Assembly (NCBI RefSeq): GCF_036321535.1
Contig: NC_087438.1
Span: 4,280,001 to 4,344,000, forward strand
DNA: 64,000 nt
Source of the DNA: Camelus dromedarius
Taxonomy: Eukaryota
Reading direction: 5' to 3'
Part shown: piece by piece, positions 26,011 to 37,008 of the stretch
Layout of the letters: each line of letters begins with the position of its first letter
Position numbering within the stretch: position 1 is the stretch's first letter
Program-made: the position numbers and the translations under genes
The notes under the pieces: generated by a model
The model's database searches: none
What the model saw: only the letters and a program-made list of their open reading frames with translations
What the model was told of the DNA's origin: nothing

Positions 26011-26624
26011 TCCTGACCCAACAGCCCACAGTGCCGAGGGCTCCCCCTCAATCTGCACGTGTGGACATAGGAGTAAAGCCGGAGGTCTATGCGACGTAAG
26101 CACTGCAGCTGAAGGCGACCCTCGAGTTTAAACTGGCCTCCTCCTGCATTTCTAACTTGTGGCAAAGTCAAATGGGTGCACACATGGCTTTTCTTGGTGT
26201 TCACAGTGCACTTACCAAAAAAAAAAAAAAAAAAACGAAAAACACACACAAACAATTCTGTTAAAATGTTTGGTTTTTGAACGGGTGTTCCTACAGGTGA
26301 TTAATCAGAGCTGGCAAAGGAGGAGCTGCCGGGAGAGCCCGCCCTCACCAGCTCAGGAGCCGCACACGACCTCCCGGCTCCCAGGGGCAGGCTCCGTGTA
26401 GAACAAGGAAGAGCGATTTTGGTCCCTTCATCTGTCACCTGTCACCCTTCCTCTCTCGGATCACAATATAAGCGTCCTCCAGCACAGCCATTGAGACCAT
26501 GGCTGCCCTTCAAGGAACTCCCCTGCAGCTCTGGCCACATGCTTGTCATGCCCATGCGGTACTCCTGAGTGTCCCAGTGAGTCCCAGCCACCACCCTCAG
26601 CACGTGTGCAATAATGAGTACTTA

Positions 26625-26677
26625 GTGTGGGTGTGGGTGCGCGCGCGCGAGTGTGTGTGTATGCATGTGCGTGTGTG
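26625..26677. repeat. (GT)n/(GC)n alternating purine-pyrimidine microsatellite
   Basis: gtgtgggtgtgggtgcgcgcgcgcgagtgtgtgtgtatgcatgtgcgtgtgtg. Confidence 0.85.
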
Positions 26678-27031
26678 AAGGCATCTTCAAGGAGCCTACC
26701 TTCTCATCTTTGTAACAGTATTTCTTCCTTATCACCAAGCCAAAAGGCCTGCGACCTCTTTTTCCTTGTTCATAAAATTTAATTTTTTCCTTTCAAAAAG
26801 CAAAACAGGACCTCTGGGACAAGGAAGAAGACAAATGTTGCTGCGTCTCTCCGAGGACGTGTCTTCCCCAGTCCTGGATCTTAGCTTTTCAACTCCTGAC
26901 TGTTCTTCACTGGGAGGAGGGACCCTGACATTTACAGCTGGGCTCGGGGTGGACCTGGGACAGTGGACTTGGCAGCCCCAGAGGCAGCAAGGCCAGGACC
27001 GTGATGGCCGGACCTGCCCAAAAGGGCAGTC

Positions 27032-27570
27032 GTGGGTGGAAAATGGTGGCTTCCAAAATGGCATGGCCTCTTGGACTCTGTAAATGTGACATTACTGAGA
27101 AAAAGAGTCCTTGCAGATGTAGTTAAGAATCATGATATTAACGAATGTATATAAAATAGATAAACACGTTTATACTGTATAGCACAGGGAGCCATATTTA
27201 GCATCCTGTAGTAACTTACGGTAAAAAACAGTATGAAAACGAGTGTATGTTCCCATATGACTGAAGTATTGTGCTGTGCCCCAGAAATTGCAACATTGTA
27301 AACTGATTATACTTCAATTACATATATATATATAAAAGAATCATGAAATGGGAACATCCTGGATCATCCAGATGGCCCTAAATCCAATGATAAATGTCAT
27401 TACAAAAGACACAGAGAAGACAGCCACGTGAAGATGGAGGCAGAAATTGGAGGGACGAGGCCACAAGCCCAGGACCACCTGGAGCCTCCAAAAGCTGGAA
27501 GAGGCAGGAAGGATCCTCCTGGAGCCCTCAGAGAGTGTCGTCTGTCAACACCTTGACTTCAGACTTCGGG
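27032..27570 (+). mobile_element. MLT1C-like LTR interrupted by a short L1
   Basis: ccttgcagatgtagttaag | ctggatcatccagatggccctaaatccaatga..gtgaagatggaggcagaaattggag..aagctggaagaggcaggaaggatcctcc. Confidence 0.8.
27136..27335 (+). mobile_element. Severely 5'-truncated young artiodactyl L1 3' end
   Basis: tactgtatagcacaggg..gtgctgtgccccagaaatt..acattgtaaactgattatacttcaat; perfect 11-bp TSD aagaatcatga at 27125-27135 and 27336-27346. Confidence 0.85.
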
Positions 27571-29339
27571 AAATCAGGTGAAGCCCTGCTCCACCCTAGC
27601 TGGCTGAGTGACCTGAGCAGGCTGTGCAGCCTCTCTGTGCCTGAGCCTCCTCACCTGTACACTGCCCCACAGGCCAACCGTGGGGGCTGGGTCGGCGCGA
27701 GCAGAGCGCTTACCTCGTGTCCGGCACGTCAGTGACAACACGCACATGTCTGCAGTCAGTACACTGGTGGAACCCAAGTGTTAAAAATCATTACGTAGGA
27801 AGATTATCGACGGGCCTGGACTCTCATGGTAACTGCTTTTTGAAAAACAAAGCAGATTACTAACATGTGTGTGGGAATATATTCCAATCCAGTTACTCGT
27901 CTGTGTAGAAAAAAAGTTCATAGAAAAAGGTCTAGATGGATAAAAATTGTAATATTAACAATCAAGGCAGCAATATGGGCGCCTTTCTTAGCTGTATGTC
28001 CCTAAGTGTTCTGTAATGAACACTTCTGACTGTACACCCAGGAAGATGCAGGACACCCTACTTCTGCACACAGGTGGGGCTTAATATTTGGGTTTCTTAC
28101 ATTTGCTCACTGCAGAGGCAGCGTAGATAATCGAGAACAGTGACTTAAAGCTCAGGCCCCGGGACCCGCCTCTTGATGCCACAGGGTGTAGTCGTGCCTT
28201 GAAAACTACCGAGCTTTCAGGCTGGTTGTTGATCAGTGTTCCAGGGAAGTGGGCAGGGGCAGGAGTTCAAAGTCAAAGGAGGAATTCGCAACTAGCCAGG
28301 TGTCCATGAGTAGTTTTAATGGGTAAAGAAGCCCATTAAAATGGCTGATGTCACACCAGGGTGACTCCAATAACTGTTTTAACTGAAATGAGGCACTTGA
28401 CAGGAGGAGTCAAAGGGCCAAGGGAAGGGGCAGTGAGTTCAGGTGTGTGCATCTCGAGTTTGAATTGTGGTCTTGTACCTGCCAGTGGAGAAGTCTAGAG
28501 GCATCAAGACCCCACCTGCATCGTGCGTTTGCAAGGAAGCTGCCTGCAGACCCTTCGAGGCTCCTCTGAAGTAACAGGATGTCAGGTCTGAGCTGAGATT
28601 GCTCTGCACCCTAAAGACAGTGGTTGGCAGCTGTGATGCATACTAACCCCTGGTCCAGTACAAAAGGGAGACCAGCCCTGGCACTTGGGGGAACGTACCG
28701 TGATGTCACAGCATCATGAGCTGCAACATCTATTCCTCTGGGGGACCCTCTGTGCAGGCGGTGTCAAATACGTGGAGGAGAGCTGCTTACGAGTTCCAAG
28801 GCTGTGCACTCACATGCCCAAACTTGTTCTGAAGGGAGATGGTGAGCCTCCCAGAGGGACACCTGCCCCACTGGGCCTGGGCCAGCAGACCCATGACGCC
28901 ACGGGGCTGGCAGCATCACTGGCACTGGACACGCATCTCCGCGAGTCGGTGGCAACCGCTCTTCTCAGGGTTCACGCGTCTCCGTCGAACGCCCAGGGCC
29001 TCCTGATTCTCAGGTCTGGGACGAGCAGAGCCGCTCCCCTCTGCCAGCCACGTCCTGCGTGTTGCAGAACCCAGAGGGAATTCGGACATGCGCAGACCCA
29101 CTAGACCCTCTGCAGGGGGACGTGAAAATACACCTTCCAAGGCTGGGGAGAAGGCCCTAATCTGGGACATGGCACAGTGTCTTCAGACAGAGGACAAGTG
29201 ACAGTCGCAGGCAGTCAGCCCACTGTTGCAACTGCAAGTCGACACCTTCTGCTGAGGCAGCGCACGCAGCGGGACAGACGCTCCGGACAGCTGGGCTGCA
29301 TCTAACGTCCTGTTCTGCTGGAATCAGCTGTGTGCCCCA

Positions 29340-30050
29340 TGCCACTTCCGGCTCCGTGATGACGACAGCTCCTATGGCTCAGGGGACCGTGCTGAGGATA
29401 CACGGAGCGGACTCGTGGGACAGGGATGAGGAAGGGCTCTGAGCCAGGCCCCTGCGGCCCGCAGGCGGCCACTAGCAGGGCGGTCAGAGGCGGCAGAGCC
29501 GGCGCAGGAGGAGAGCCAGCGGACCAGGCAGCCCTCCTCTAGAGGAAACCGCGCCCTGGGCGGGAAGTCCCTTTCTAGTGCAGCTCTGGAGAGAAAGGAG
29601 CTACTAACAAGGGAGCAACGTCCTACGGGAGCCGGTTCCCAGCTCCTAGCAAACAGGGCCCCCTCGGGGAGAGACGGCACACCCGGCGCCGGCCGCGGCG
29701 GCAGGGGCCAGCGGAGAACGCCGAGCGCCGCGCTCTGAGCCTCGCTGCGCCGCGTCCGCAGCCCCACCCGCCACGCAGGAGCCAGGTCGCGCTGAGGCAG
29801 CGGTCTGCCGTGACCCTCGAGAAGCGCTGCGCTGGGGCCTGCCACTCCAGGTGAGCCTGAAGATGCGGCAACAGCATGGCCGCGTTTAAGAGAAACGCAG
29901 GCCCCCATGGCCCGCAGGCCCCGCGGCGACGGTCAGGACGCGCGGCTCCCAGCGCCGCGGCCAGCGCGGCCCGGCGCGCATCCGGGACCTGCGTCCCCCA
30001 GCCGCGGCGTCCCCTGTGAGACGGTGCAGGGACACCAGAATTCTGCACTG
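29340..30050. promoter_or_regulatory. Orphan CpG island immediately downstream of the MED10 3' end
   Basis: About 8-11 CpG per 60 bp at 29641-29760 (hand count), GC-rich throughout, no recognisable repeat or coding frame. ETS site ACTTCCGG at 29344-29351. Confidence 0.7.
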
Positions 30051-30208
30051 CGCTTTAGCTCTTCCTGCCTAAGTGCCTGAAGAAGAAATTTTCCGAATAT
30101 TCCCCACACTTTGGGGAAGTAATAACTGTTTATGAGATACACGGTACTAAACTATAAAAATGTTACAGAAATGATTACATAGAGCAAGTTACAGAAACAC
30201 TTAAAGCC

Positions 30209-30214
30209 TTTATT
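30209..30214 (-). terminator. MED10: MED10 polyadenylation signal AATAAA (3' UTR about 30190-30750)
   Basis: Plus-strand tttatt is AATAAA on the minus strand, about 540 nt past the stop. It is followed on the minus strand by U/GU-rich sequence (gtgtttctgtaacttgctctatgtaatcatttctgt). Confidence 0.8.
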
Positions 30215-30750
30215 ATATTCGTAGGTCTAACTGAAATCCATGTAAACGCTGTTACATTGAAAACATTCTTTACGCACAATATTTGAAAATATAAAATTCT
30301 AAACCAATTTAAAGTACTTCTCATTTTAAACCAATTTTTCCTTTTTTTTTTTAGCTTTGACACTATCAAAAAAAAAAAGGAACAGAAAGAGTACATAAAA
30401 ACTATTAGGTAGAATTTTAAAAAACTTTCAATTTCCCTATCGTATTTAATGTTTCCAAGACATTTGGTGGTGGAGAAGCAAACACATTGCACTCAAAAGA
30501 TGTGCTGTCACCAGCCATCTGAGAGCTTGAGGACCAAACAGAGCATGTCAGGAGGAGGGGGCAGCTGGAGGCCCCGCCCCATACGCCCTCCAGGCCACGC
30601 CATCCCCAGAAGCCAATAAATGACAGGCACAGACAAGGTGGCTGGAGGCTGGGCCCAGGAAACAGCATCGATGCCGCTCAGTCCCAGGCTGCCTAGAGGT
30701 CACGGACATTCCTGCAGGACTAGGAGGGTCTTCTGACAGAGAGGATGAAG

Positions 30751-30849
30751 TTAGGAAGGGGGGTGGTCCTCCCCTCGGATGCTTCGGTACTTAGCCATGT
30801 CTTCAGGAAATACTTTAGAAAGTTCTTGAATCAACAGGCTTTTAAATTT
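30751..30849 (-). CDS. MED10: MED10 coding exon 4 (KFKSLLIQELSKVFPEDMAKYRSIRGEDHPPS*)
   Basis: ttttcctcttag|AAA acceptor; TAA stop at 30753-30751. The four exons sum to 122+84+103+99=408 nt, i.e. 135 aa plus stop. Confidence 0.97.
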   Translation of the reverse strand, partial: KFKSLLIQELSKVFPEDMAKYRSIRGEDHPPS

Positions 30850-32825
30850 CTAAGAGGAAAAAGATACACCATCAAAACTGTGTTTGTGACCCATCACCCA
30901 AGTTAAAGACCAGGCCCCACAGAGCCTCAAACTCAAAGGGACAGAAATCATGCTCCCTCGGCGCTGTCTGCTCATCTCCGTGGACACCTCACTTGCCAAA
31001 CCACAGCAGGCTGTATGTTCAAACACGACCCCTTCCCTCCTGCTTCAAACAACAAAAGCCCTCCATGAGCAGCCAGCCACACAGGAGGAACCGAGTTTGG
31101 CACCCAGCGCATGGAACAGGAGTCTCCATGTACTATTTAATTAAGCAATTATTAACTTGAACCACATCAAACTCATTGTGTGCAAACAGCTCCATCAAAG
31201 CTCTCAGAGCACCTGGCAACCCGTCTTCTCCAAATGCCATGGCTCCATGATCCTACTTATCAGCGTAATGTTTGTTTTAATCCAACCTCCAAAGCAGCTA
31301 AGTATCTGCCAGCATCTCAAAACCTCTTCTCATCAGCTGTACACAACAGAAGCACAACGGACACAAACAAAGATATCGCACCCACCTCAGTGGGGAACAC
31401 CCCTCAGGGGGGCTGCACACCAACGCTCCAGACACCGGTGACGACAGAACGCGGGGACGTTTAAACGCACAGCCCACTGGGCACACATCCTGCAACGTGG
31501 GACTTTCCCAGTCTCAGGTGAGAGGAAATGACACCAAGAGGCAACAGAAATGGAAGCAAATGGAAGGCAAGAGGCAGGGTCACTAGTGTGGCCGCCAATG
31601 GGCAACCTCAAGGGCAGGTGGTGAACAGGAGTGCAGCACAGAAACTGGGACGAGGTCACCCATGGGCCGTGACCCGGTCCACACAGGGGGACCTGCTGGG
31701 TGATACAGGAGACAGCTCACTCACACAACAGCCAAATGCTCAGTTTGCTCTCGACTAATGCTCTATTATGTCCCGAGGGTGATGCTCGGTTCAAAAGCGA
31801 CTCAGTCCCAAGCTGACAAGGCAGAAATGAGGCTGCGGGTGCCACACTGACAACTCCGCCCAGGCAGCACGGGACAGGCTTGTCTTAGCTGTCCTGACAC
31901 GGCCGCACTGCTGGCTCCTCGAGCTCACCCTCTGTGGCCGTCCCTGTGCACACCAGACACTGACGAGGCACACCGTGCACCTGGGCGGCAGCAGGAACAC
32001 GACACCCTGGACCTCAGGATGGGCAGACACAGAACAGACAGAGAGGAGGGCAGAAGGCTGGTCCAAAGACCTCTCCGAGGAGGTGAGACAGGGACCCCAA
32101 AGGACAGAGCGTGTGGGAGGGCTCTGGCAGAGGAGACAGCACAGGAGTGGACAGGCAGGAGTGGGGCCGGGGGTTCCAGAAATGCAAACCGGAGCAAGGA
32201 ACAGGTGGGGCAGCAGGAGGGCTGGCTGCAGGAAGACAACAGAAAGGGACGGCACCACCCACCTAAAGGAAAACCCACACCCACCCAATCCGAACCACAC
32301 GTGAGTCAATTTCAGTAATAAAAAAACTACACGTGTCACGTGCAAGACACAGAGTTTGCTAGATCCCATCCAAGCCAAGAAACACAGAGAGGAAAGTCTC
32401 TGTGGAGCCTGGGGGATATGGTGCGGAGGGGCTTGGAGTCAGAAGCTGGAGACGACCACCAGAGAGACAGAGAGCAAGGGTTTACAATCCTCTGAACCGA
32501 TGACCCACAATTCCTGGAAAAGGCCCAAGTGAGGGACTCACAGCACCAGCATGCAAACTGGAGACGTTCCATTCTTAACAATGAACACAAGCACAGGGAG
32601 CCAGTGACAACCAGCATCGCAAAGATCAACCCGGACCTGCCGACAAGCAAGGCCACCACAGGGTGCGCTGACGTTTGACTTTATTCACTACTTATCACAC
32701 AGTTCAGAAATCTCAACTGTGTAACGGTGTCAAATAGCTGATGCTTTACATCGTGTATCAGCCAAGTCTACTTTAAAAGCATGTCCTGATGTTCTGATGT
32801 CATTGTCTGTTCACAAGAACTTTAC

Positions 32826-32928
32826 CTTCATTGTGTCAATCTTGCCTTTAACTTGCTCATTTTTAGCCAGAGCCCGCTCCAGGCACTCTTTGGTGTAGAG
32901 TTCGGGGTTTCGACCTTGGTCTATGTAT
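32826..32928 (-). CDS. MED10: MED10 coding exon 3 (E-YIDQGRNPELYTKECLERALAKNEQVKGKIDTMK)
   Basis: tcacatttccag|A acceptor and ATGAAG|gtaaag donor. 103 nt; contains the conserved Med10 YIDxGRNPxxYT motif. Confidence 0.97.
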
Positions 32929-34879
32929 CTGGAAATGTGAAATATCTCAATTAACATTCTCTCGGCTGACACCTGCTCTCAGAGTTTTCTGTGAGCTGTA
33001 CACAACTTCGCACGGCCCTGTTCAGGGGGAACTGTGTCCAGGAAGCAAGTGACTCAGATTCCTTCATTTATACAAGTACAGGTGATTTGCTCTCACAGAA
33101 CTTCTAGTTGCATGAGTAACTCATGAAATCAAGTAGTGATGACTTCTAAACCAAGCAAGCCTCACAGTCACACCTGAAGCATCTGTATTTTTCAAAGGCC
33201 TCACGGCCACGACTTGAATCCTCACGACAACCCCAAGGTCAGGCAGCTCTTCACGACAGAGAACCAGGCGAGGGCCAGAGCTTCAGGCCTGCATGGCACG
33301 GGGAGCCCCCCAGGTGCAGCCTCCACTCCAGGTCCGCCCCGGCCTCTGCCGAGGAGCCTCGGGGCTGCTGGGCAGGGGAGGGGAGAGCCCTGCCCTGCCG
33401 GCCCCAAGATTAGTTTACAAACTGAGGGGAGAGAGGGCCCACGTACTAGATATACCTAAGTAGATATATATACCTAGATACACCTCAGTAGCTTAAATTT
33501 AACAGAAAGAGCTCCTCTCCAATAATTTCTTAGCAGTATAAAACTGTTTCTTGAAATTTTTGACACTTGTCCCCAAAACATCCATTGTCCCAGTGATTTC
33601 ATTTACGAATACCGCCCAGATGAATATCCACATTTTGCCAGCGGAAGGCCACCTGCCTACTTCTGCACCCTGAAGACCTTCACATCATTAAGCTAAACTG
33701 AATTATTTGTTACAAAAAAAAAAAAAAACCACTTAAGTCCGATTTATGCATTTTTATGCTTCAGTTAACAAAAATTATCACTTCCAATTAAAGACACTGT
33801 TAAGTTACTGTTAATGGCATAAAAACTGGTCTTTAATCATGACAGCAAAATACTGATGAATCAAAAGTTCTAGAAATTTCACTTTATTGAAATGTGTTTG
33901 AAATGATGGAATGAGAGAAGCAAAATTATGGTAAATTCTAAACAAAATCCATCCATTTTTGGAAACAAAAAATCTGACAGGTCCAAGTGTCCTAAATAAA
34001 CTGCTTCCACAGTGATACCATTTGGATTGGGCCCTTGAGACCGGAATCCCACCTCAGCCAACTCACCGACCCAGAAGTACTGGACAAAAGGGCCGAAGTT
34101 TTATTGTTATCTTTGCTACGAACACAGTCGGAGTGTCTGCAAGTGGACCGGGGAACCCTCCTCCATCAGGCACAGATGACTGACAGTTCACACCTGCTGT
34201 GTGTCGATTACTCACAGGCTGCCTCATCCCAACTCTCCAGGTGAGCCTAGGCTGTCCCTGCAGCCCGCGGGCTGAGGCCTCTTCCCCGCTCCCTTTAAGC
34301 TGTCTTTCCCATCCTTCCCCTTCGCGCCTCTTCAGACGATGGGAGTAGTTCCCTGGCGTCTGTCAAACATCCCACACACTCACGACCAGAACAGCTCTAA
34401 TAAGGACACTTCAAGGAAGGGAAGTGAGTCTCCACCCTCCCACACTTCATGGGCCGGAGTTTAGAGCTGTAACACACACACAAGGCCTTCACTCCCACCT
34501 GAGAACACCGACACCTTGGCCAGCAGGTGAGGACAGAGCCTGGACCGTGGAAATTGCAGCCTGTGTGTCCTGGCTTGGTGGATGGCTGCGCACTGTGTTG
34601 TGACTACAACTTTTATCTCTGACTTTTCAGGATGTAAAAAGGTACATTTTCCCCTATTGTTCAAGGAAATCTAGTGATTCACATTTGCAGTTTTACTGCA
34701 AAAAGCCCCAGAATACTCCTGCCGTTCCCAGCCAGCTCTGGGAGAGGGGAGAGAGGCCGCCCGGCCCAGAGAATCAGCCTAGGCAGGACTCTGAGAGCCT
34801 ATGATGTCCATCACAAATTTAGTAAGTCTTTTTTTATGTCTAACTCTTTTTCAACAACACAGAGAGTTTTTTTTTTTTT

Positions 34880-35002
34880 TAACTGTTTAATCTCTACAGA
34901 ACATAAGCTCCATGAGGGAAGATATTTTTGTCTATTTTCTTCCCTGGCATCTCTCCAGCACCCAGACTGTGTCCGCCATATAGCAGACCCTAAAATACTG
35001 GA
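34880..35002 (+). mobile_element. L2 3' end in MED10 intron 2
   Basis: agaacataagctccatgagggaagatatttttgtctatttt..ccagcacccagactgtgtc..catatagcagaccct. Confidence 0.7.
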
Positions 35003-35063
35003 GGTTGAGGAAGTCATTATAGCAAAACTAAACAAGAATTACAATATCAAGAACAGTACTTAC

Positions 35064-35147
35064 TCAAAAACTTCTAAAGGCACAGTAATATCATGGAGTT
35101 GCTGTCTGCACTTATCTATATCCTGTAAGCCAGTAACAATAAAATTC
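35064..35147 (-). CDS. MED10: MED10 coding exon 2 (L-NFIVTGLQDIDKCRQQLHDITVPLEVF-E)
   Basis: Pyrimidine tract ttttgctttttcccccag|G acceptor and TTTGA|gtaagt donor. 84 nt; phase matches exons 1 and 3. Confidence 0.97.
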
Positions 35148-35859
35148 CTGGGGGAAAAAGCAAAACCAGGAGATTAGGTTAATTCAGATGATGGCACTGT
35201 AAAACACCCACGCCTGGCCAACCAGGCCTCCACACAGAGTGTTCCTCATACAAGCACGGGTTACACGCGGCTCACAGCTCTTTGTTCGAGAATTCCTAGG
35301 AAAGCTTTGGAGTTACAGAATATGTTCAAATATCTCTTGATTTTCTTTTTAAATAAGGAATTACCAACATGGTTCGGGGGGCGGGCGGCAGGGAGGACCA
35401 GGAACTAATAGGTGTAAGGGCAGGAACCTTTGAAAATATGATGAAAAATATGACCTTTCTCTCAAAAACAATCACCGAGGTGGATGTGAGTTTGGGGGCA
35501 GTTGCAGACAACACATGGGGCAGCAGAATCCAGCTCAAGAATCCAACCTCAAACTCTAGGGGGAAGAAAGCCATGGCTGCCTGGTTTAATTTCAGCGCCC
35601 TTCCCCTCGGGAGCCTTCCTAGATCACCTGGCAAGCCCCACAACACTGGGTATGTAAGGCAGGGTTGTGAATATGTTTTTATGTCTGTGTCCTCCATAAA
35701 GCTGGGAGCCCTTCTCCAGAGCATTCTATTCCTGTTTGCCTTCTGTTCAACCCAGGGTCTAGCGGCACGGCCAGCACAATGCTGTTGCCAAAAAAAAATT
35801 AACAGATGTGTGGCGTTTCTCACCACCACCATCACGCACCACTATCGATTCCTCCACCT

Positions 35860-36800
35860 TCAGGCCTCGGCAGCAGGTGGTTTCTGAGCCTTGGCCTTCC
35901 CGGGGCCCATTTTTCCGCCCTCCGGGTGAAGGCCGCCTCCCCTCCGCGGACAGGGACTCAACTCCCCGGAAGGGCTCAGGAGAAACGCTGGGAGGGAGTC
36001 ATACGAGGGCGGGGAAAGACAAGATTATGAAGCATGCCTCCCTCCGACGGCCGCAGAAACGGAAACTATTATCTGGCACTGATAGAGTCTCCAAAGGGGC
36101 CCTCGAGAAAAGGTCCCAGCAAGGCAAAGCGGGGAGGCGGGTCGGCAACAGGCGGCAGCGGCGAGCCCCCTCTGCCCACAGCCTAGAGCCGGAGGGTCCG
36201 GGAAGGACTGGGCCCCGAGCAGCGCGGGGAGAGCCAGCAGCCCTCGGCCGGAATCCGGCTCCCCAACCGGCCCCGGCTCCCCATCCCCCCTCCACAGCAG
36301 ACGCTGCCCCGCCGGCCCCGGGAAGACGCGGGCGGACTCGGCCGCTACTCACAGCTTCTGGTTGAGCCCGGCCTGGCTGCTGGGCTGGAAGTCGCTGACG
36401 ATGATGCCGAGCTGCCGGATGTTCTCCACAAACTTCTCCAGGTGCTCCTCCAGGTGGTCAAACTTCTCCGCCATGGCCGCCCCACCCGCACAGCCGCGGC
36501 CGTAGTCCTGCTCCACCGCTTCCGGCTTCCGCCTAGGCCTGCTATCACTTCCGTTTCCTCTGGGGGCGGGGCCTGGATGATGGGCGGGGCTACTCGGGGT
36601 GGGGCCGGGACTGGGGGTGCGGGGCGGGCCACCGGGGCGTGGAGTAGACCCAGAGGCGGTGTCTGGGGCGGGGCCTGGAGCGGGGGCGGGGCTTTGGGGC
36701 GGGGCGGGGCGGGGTCTACGTCAGCTCGGCCCCTCCCCAGCAGCCCCAAGCGCCCAGGTGAGAGGGACCCACGGTTGCTGGTGCTCTGGACTCCCATGCA
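35860..36800. promoter_or_regulatory. MED10: MED10 CpG-island promoter, TATA-less
   Basis: CpG-dense region spanning exon 1. Tandem ETS cores (gcttccggcttccg 36518-36531; acttccg 36547-36553), at least six GGGCGG GC boxes at 36563-36714, and a CRE-like TGACGTA on the minus strand at 36717-36723. Confidence 0.9.
36353..36474 (-). CDS. MED10: MED10 coding exon 1 (MAEKFDHLEEHLEKFVENIRQLGIIVSDFQPSSQAGLNQK + CT)
   Basis: Minus strand reads gcggccATGGCGGAGAAG (strong Kozak context). Translation matches the recalled mammalian MED10 N-terminus. Exon ends AAGCT|gtgagt (canonical donor); 122 nt. Confidence 0.97.
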
Positions 36801-36859
36801 TGCTTGTAAGACCACAAAGAACCAGCGGTGGGGACCTGTGAGACCCCGCTCTGCCTCCA

Positions 36860-37008
36860 CTGGCCCTGGGCAAGTTCCCTCGCCTCTGAGCCTCTGTTCT
36901 TACTCATAAAATCGGGATAATGAGACCCGACAGCTGCATGAGACTAGTTAGAGGAGATAATGCCAATCAAGGCTTAAGTACAGCGAGCAGTGCCTGGAAA
37001 CAGTAGCT
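36860..37008 (+). mobile_element. MIR at the upstream edge of the MED10 promoter
   Basis: ccctgggcaagttccctcgcctctgagcctctgttcttactcataaaatcgggataatga..cagtgcctggaaacagtag. Confidence 0.7.

Noticed and set aside
28314..28341. 10-bp inverted repeat ttttaatggg/cccattaaaa with 8-nt loop
   Set aside because: AT-rich, isolated and within chance expectation.
29372..30048. 178-aa and 141-aa ORFs in the downstream CpG island
   Set aside because: Arg/Ala/Pro-rich with no family resemblance; expected in very GC-rich sequence.
31791..32378. 195-aa minus-strand ORF in MED10 intron 3 as a possible alternative exon
   Set aside because: Biased composition from a GA-rich tract; MED10 is already complete with four exons.
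34674..35177. 167-aa plus-strand ORF
   Set aside because: Runs through an L2 fragment and antisense across MED10 exon 2; not protein-like.
35808..36909. Several 117-185 aa ORFs overlapping MED10 exon 1 and promoter
   Set aside because: Low-complexity Gly/Pro/Ala/Arg shadow frames produced by the stop-poor CpG island.
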